Positions 63,813 through 64,000 of a stretch of DNA of 64,000 bases are shown piece by piece. Position numbers and translations under genes: made by a program. This stretch comes from Scyliorhinus canicula. Taxonomy: Eukaryota. Location: contig NC_052156.1 in NCBI RefSeq assembly GCF_902713615.1, positions 140,844,404-140,908,403 on the forward strand, read 5' to 3'. The notes beneath the pieces were generated by a model. It was not told where the DNA came from and made no database searches. It saw only the letters and a program-made list of their open reading frames with translations. Position 1 is the stretch's first letter. Every line of letters starts with the position of its first letter.

Positions 63813-64000
63813 CTGCAAAAAAAAGGTCATCAACCTATCTAGCAAGTGGAGAGGAGCAGGGTTGGAGTTTCTTTTATATCAGTTGCTTATACGTGAATAT
63901 ATGGTATTTGTTGACAAATAGCTTGGTTAACAATATGCAAGAGAGAAAAAAGAACAAATGGGCACTTGAAAACCAAATACAGGAAATGGCATGTTTAGCA

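Overview
Vertebrate genomic DNA, inferred to be a shark (probably a Scyliorhinus-type catshark) from its HE1-like SINEs and CR1, L2, L1/Tx1 and Penelope-type repeats. The only host gene I can support is the 3' half of PTPN12 (PTP-PEST) on the minus strand. Seven coding exons (63352-63267, 42579-41618, 23722-23645, 21431-21334, 21227-21197, 11537-11412, 4828-4767) have GT-AG boundaries and compatible phases. They join into 1443 nt (480 aa plus stop) carrying Pro1 PPKPPR, Pro2, NPLH, Pro4 PPPLPERTPESF and the C-terminal CTH motif. The catalytic exons lie beyond the right edge. The introns hold a near full-length but broken CR1 LINE (about 44518-49041), several L1/Tx1-like 3' fragments with TSDs, many SINEs, palindromic Penelope relics with hammerhead-ribozyme cores, and three tandem arrays (about 6.5 kb CA/GA-rich with N gaps, about 3 kb GC-rich, about 0.74 kb 18-mer). 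The best lead is a 158-nt exon-like segment at 63655-63812, just upstream of the Pro1 exon. In the host frame it encodes a 32-aa hydrophobic tail and a stop, so it may be a poison exon or give a tail-anchored PTP-PEST isoform. Exon numbers follow the human gene from memory. Repeat boundaries are approximate unless a TSD is quoted.
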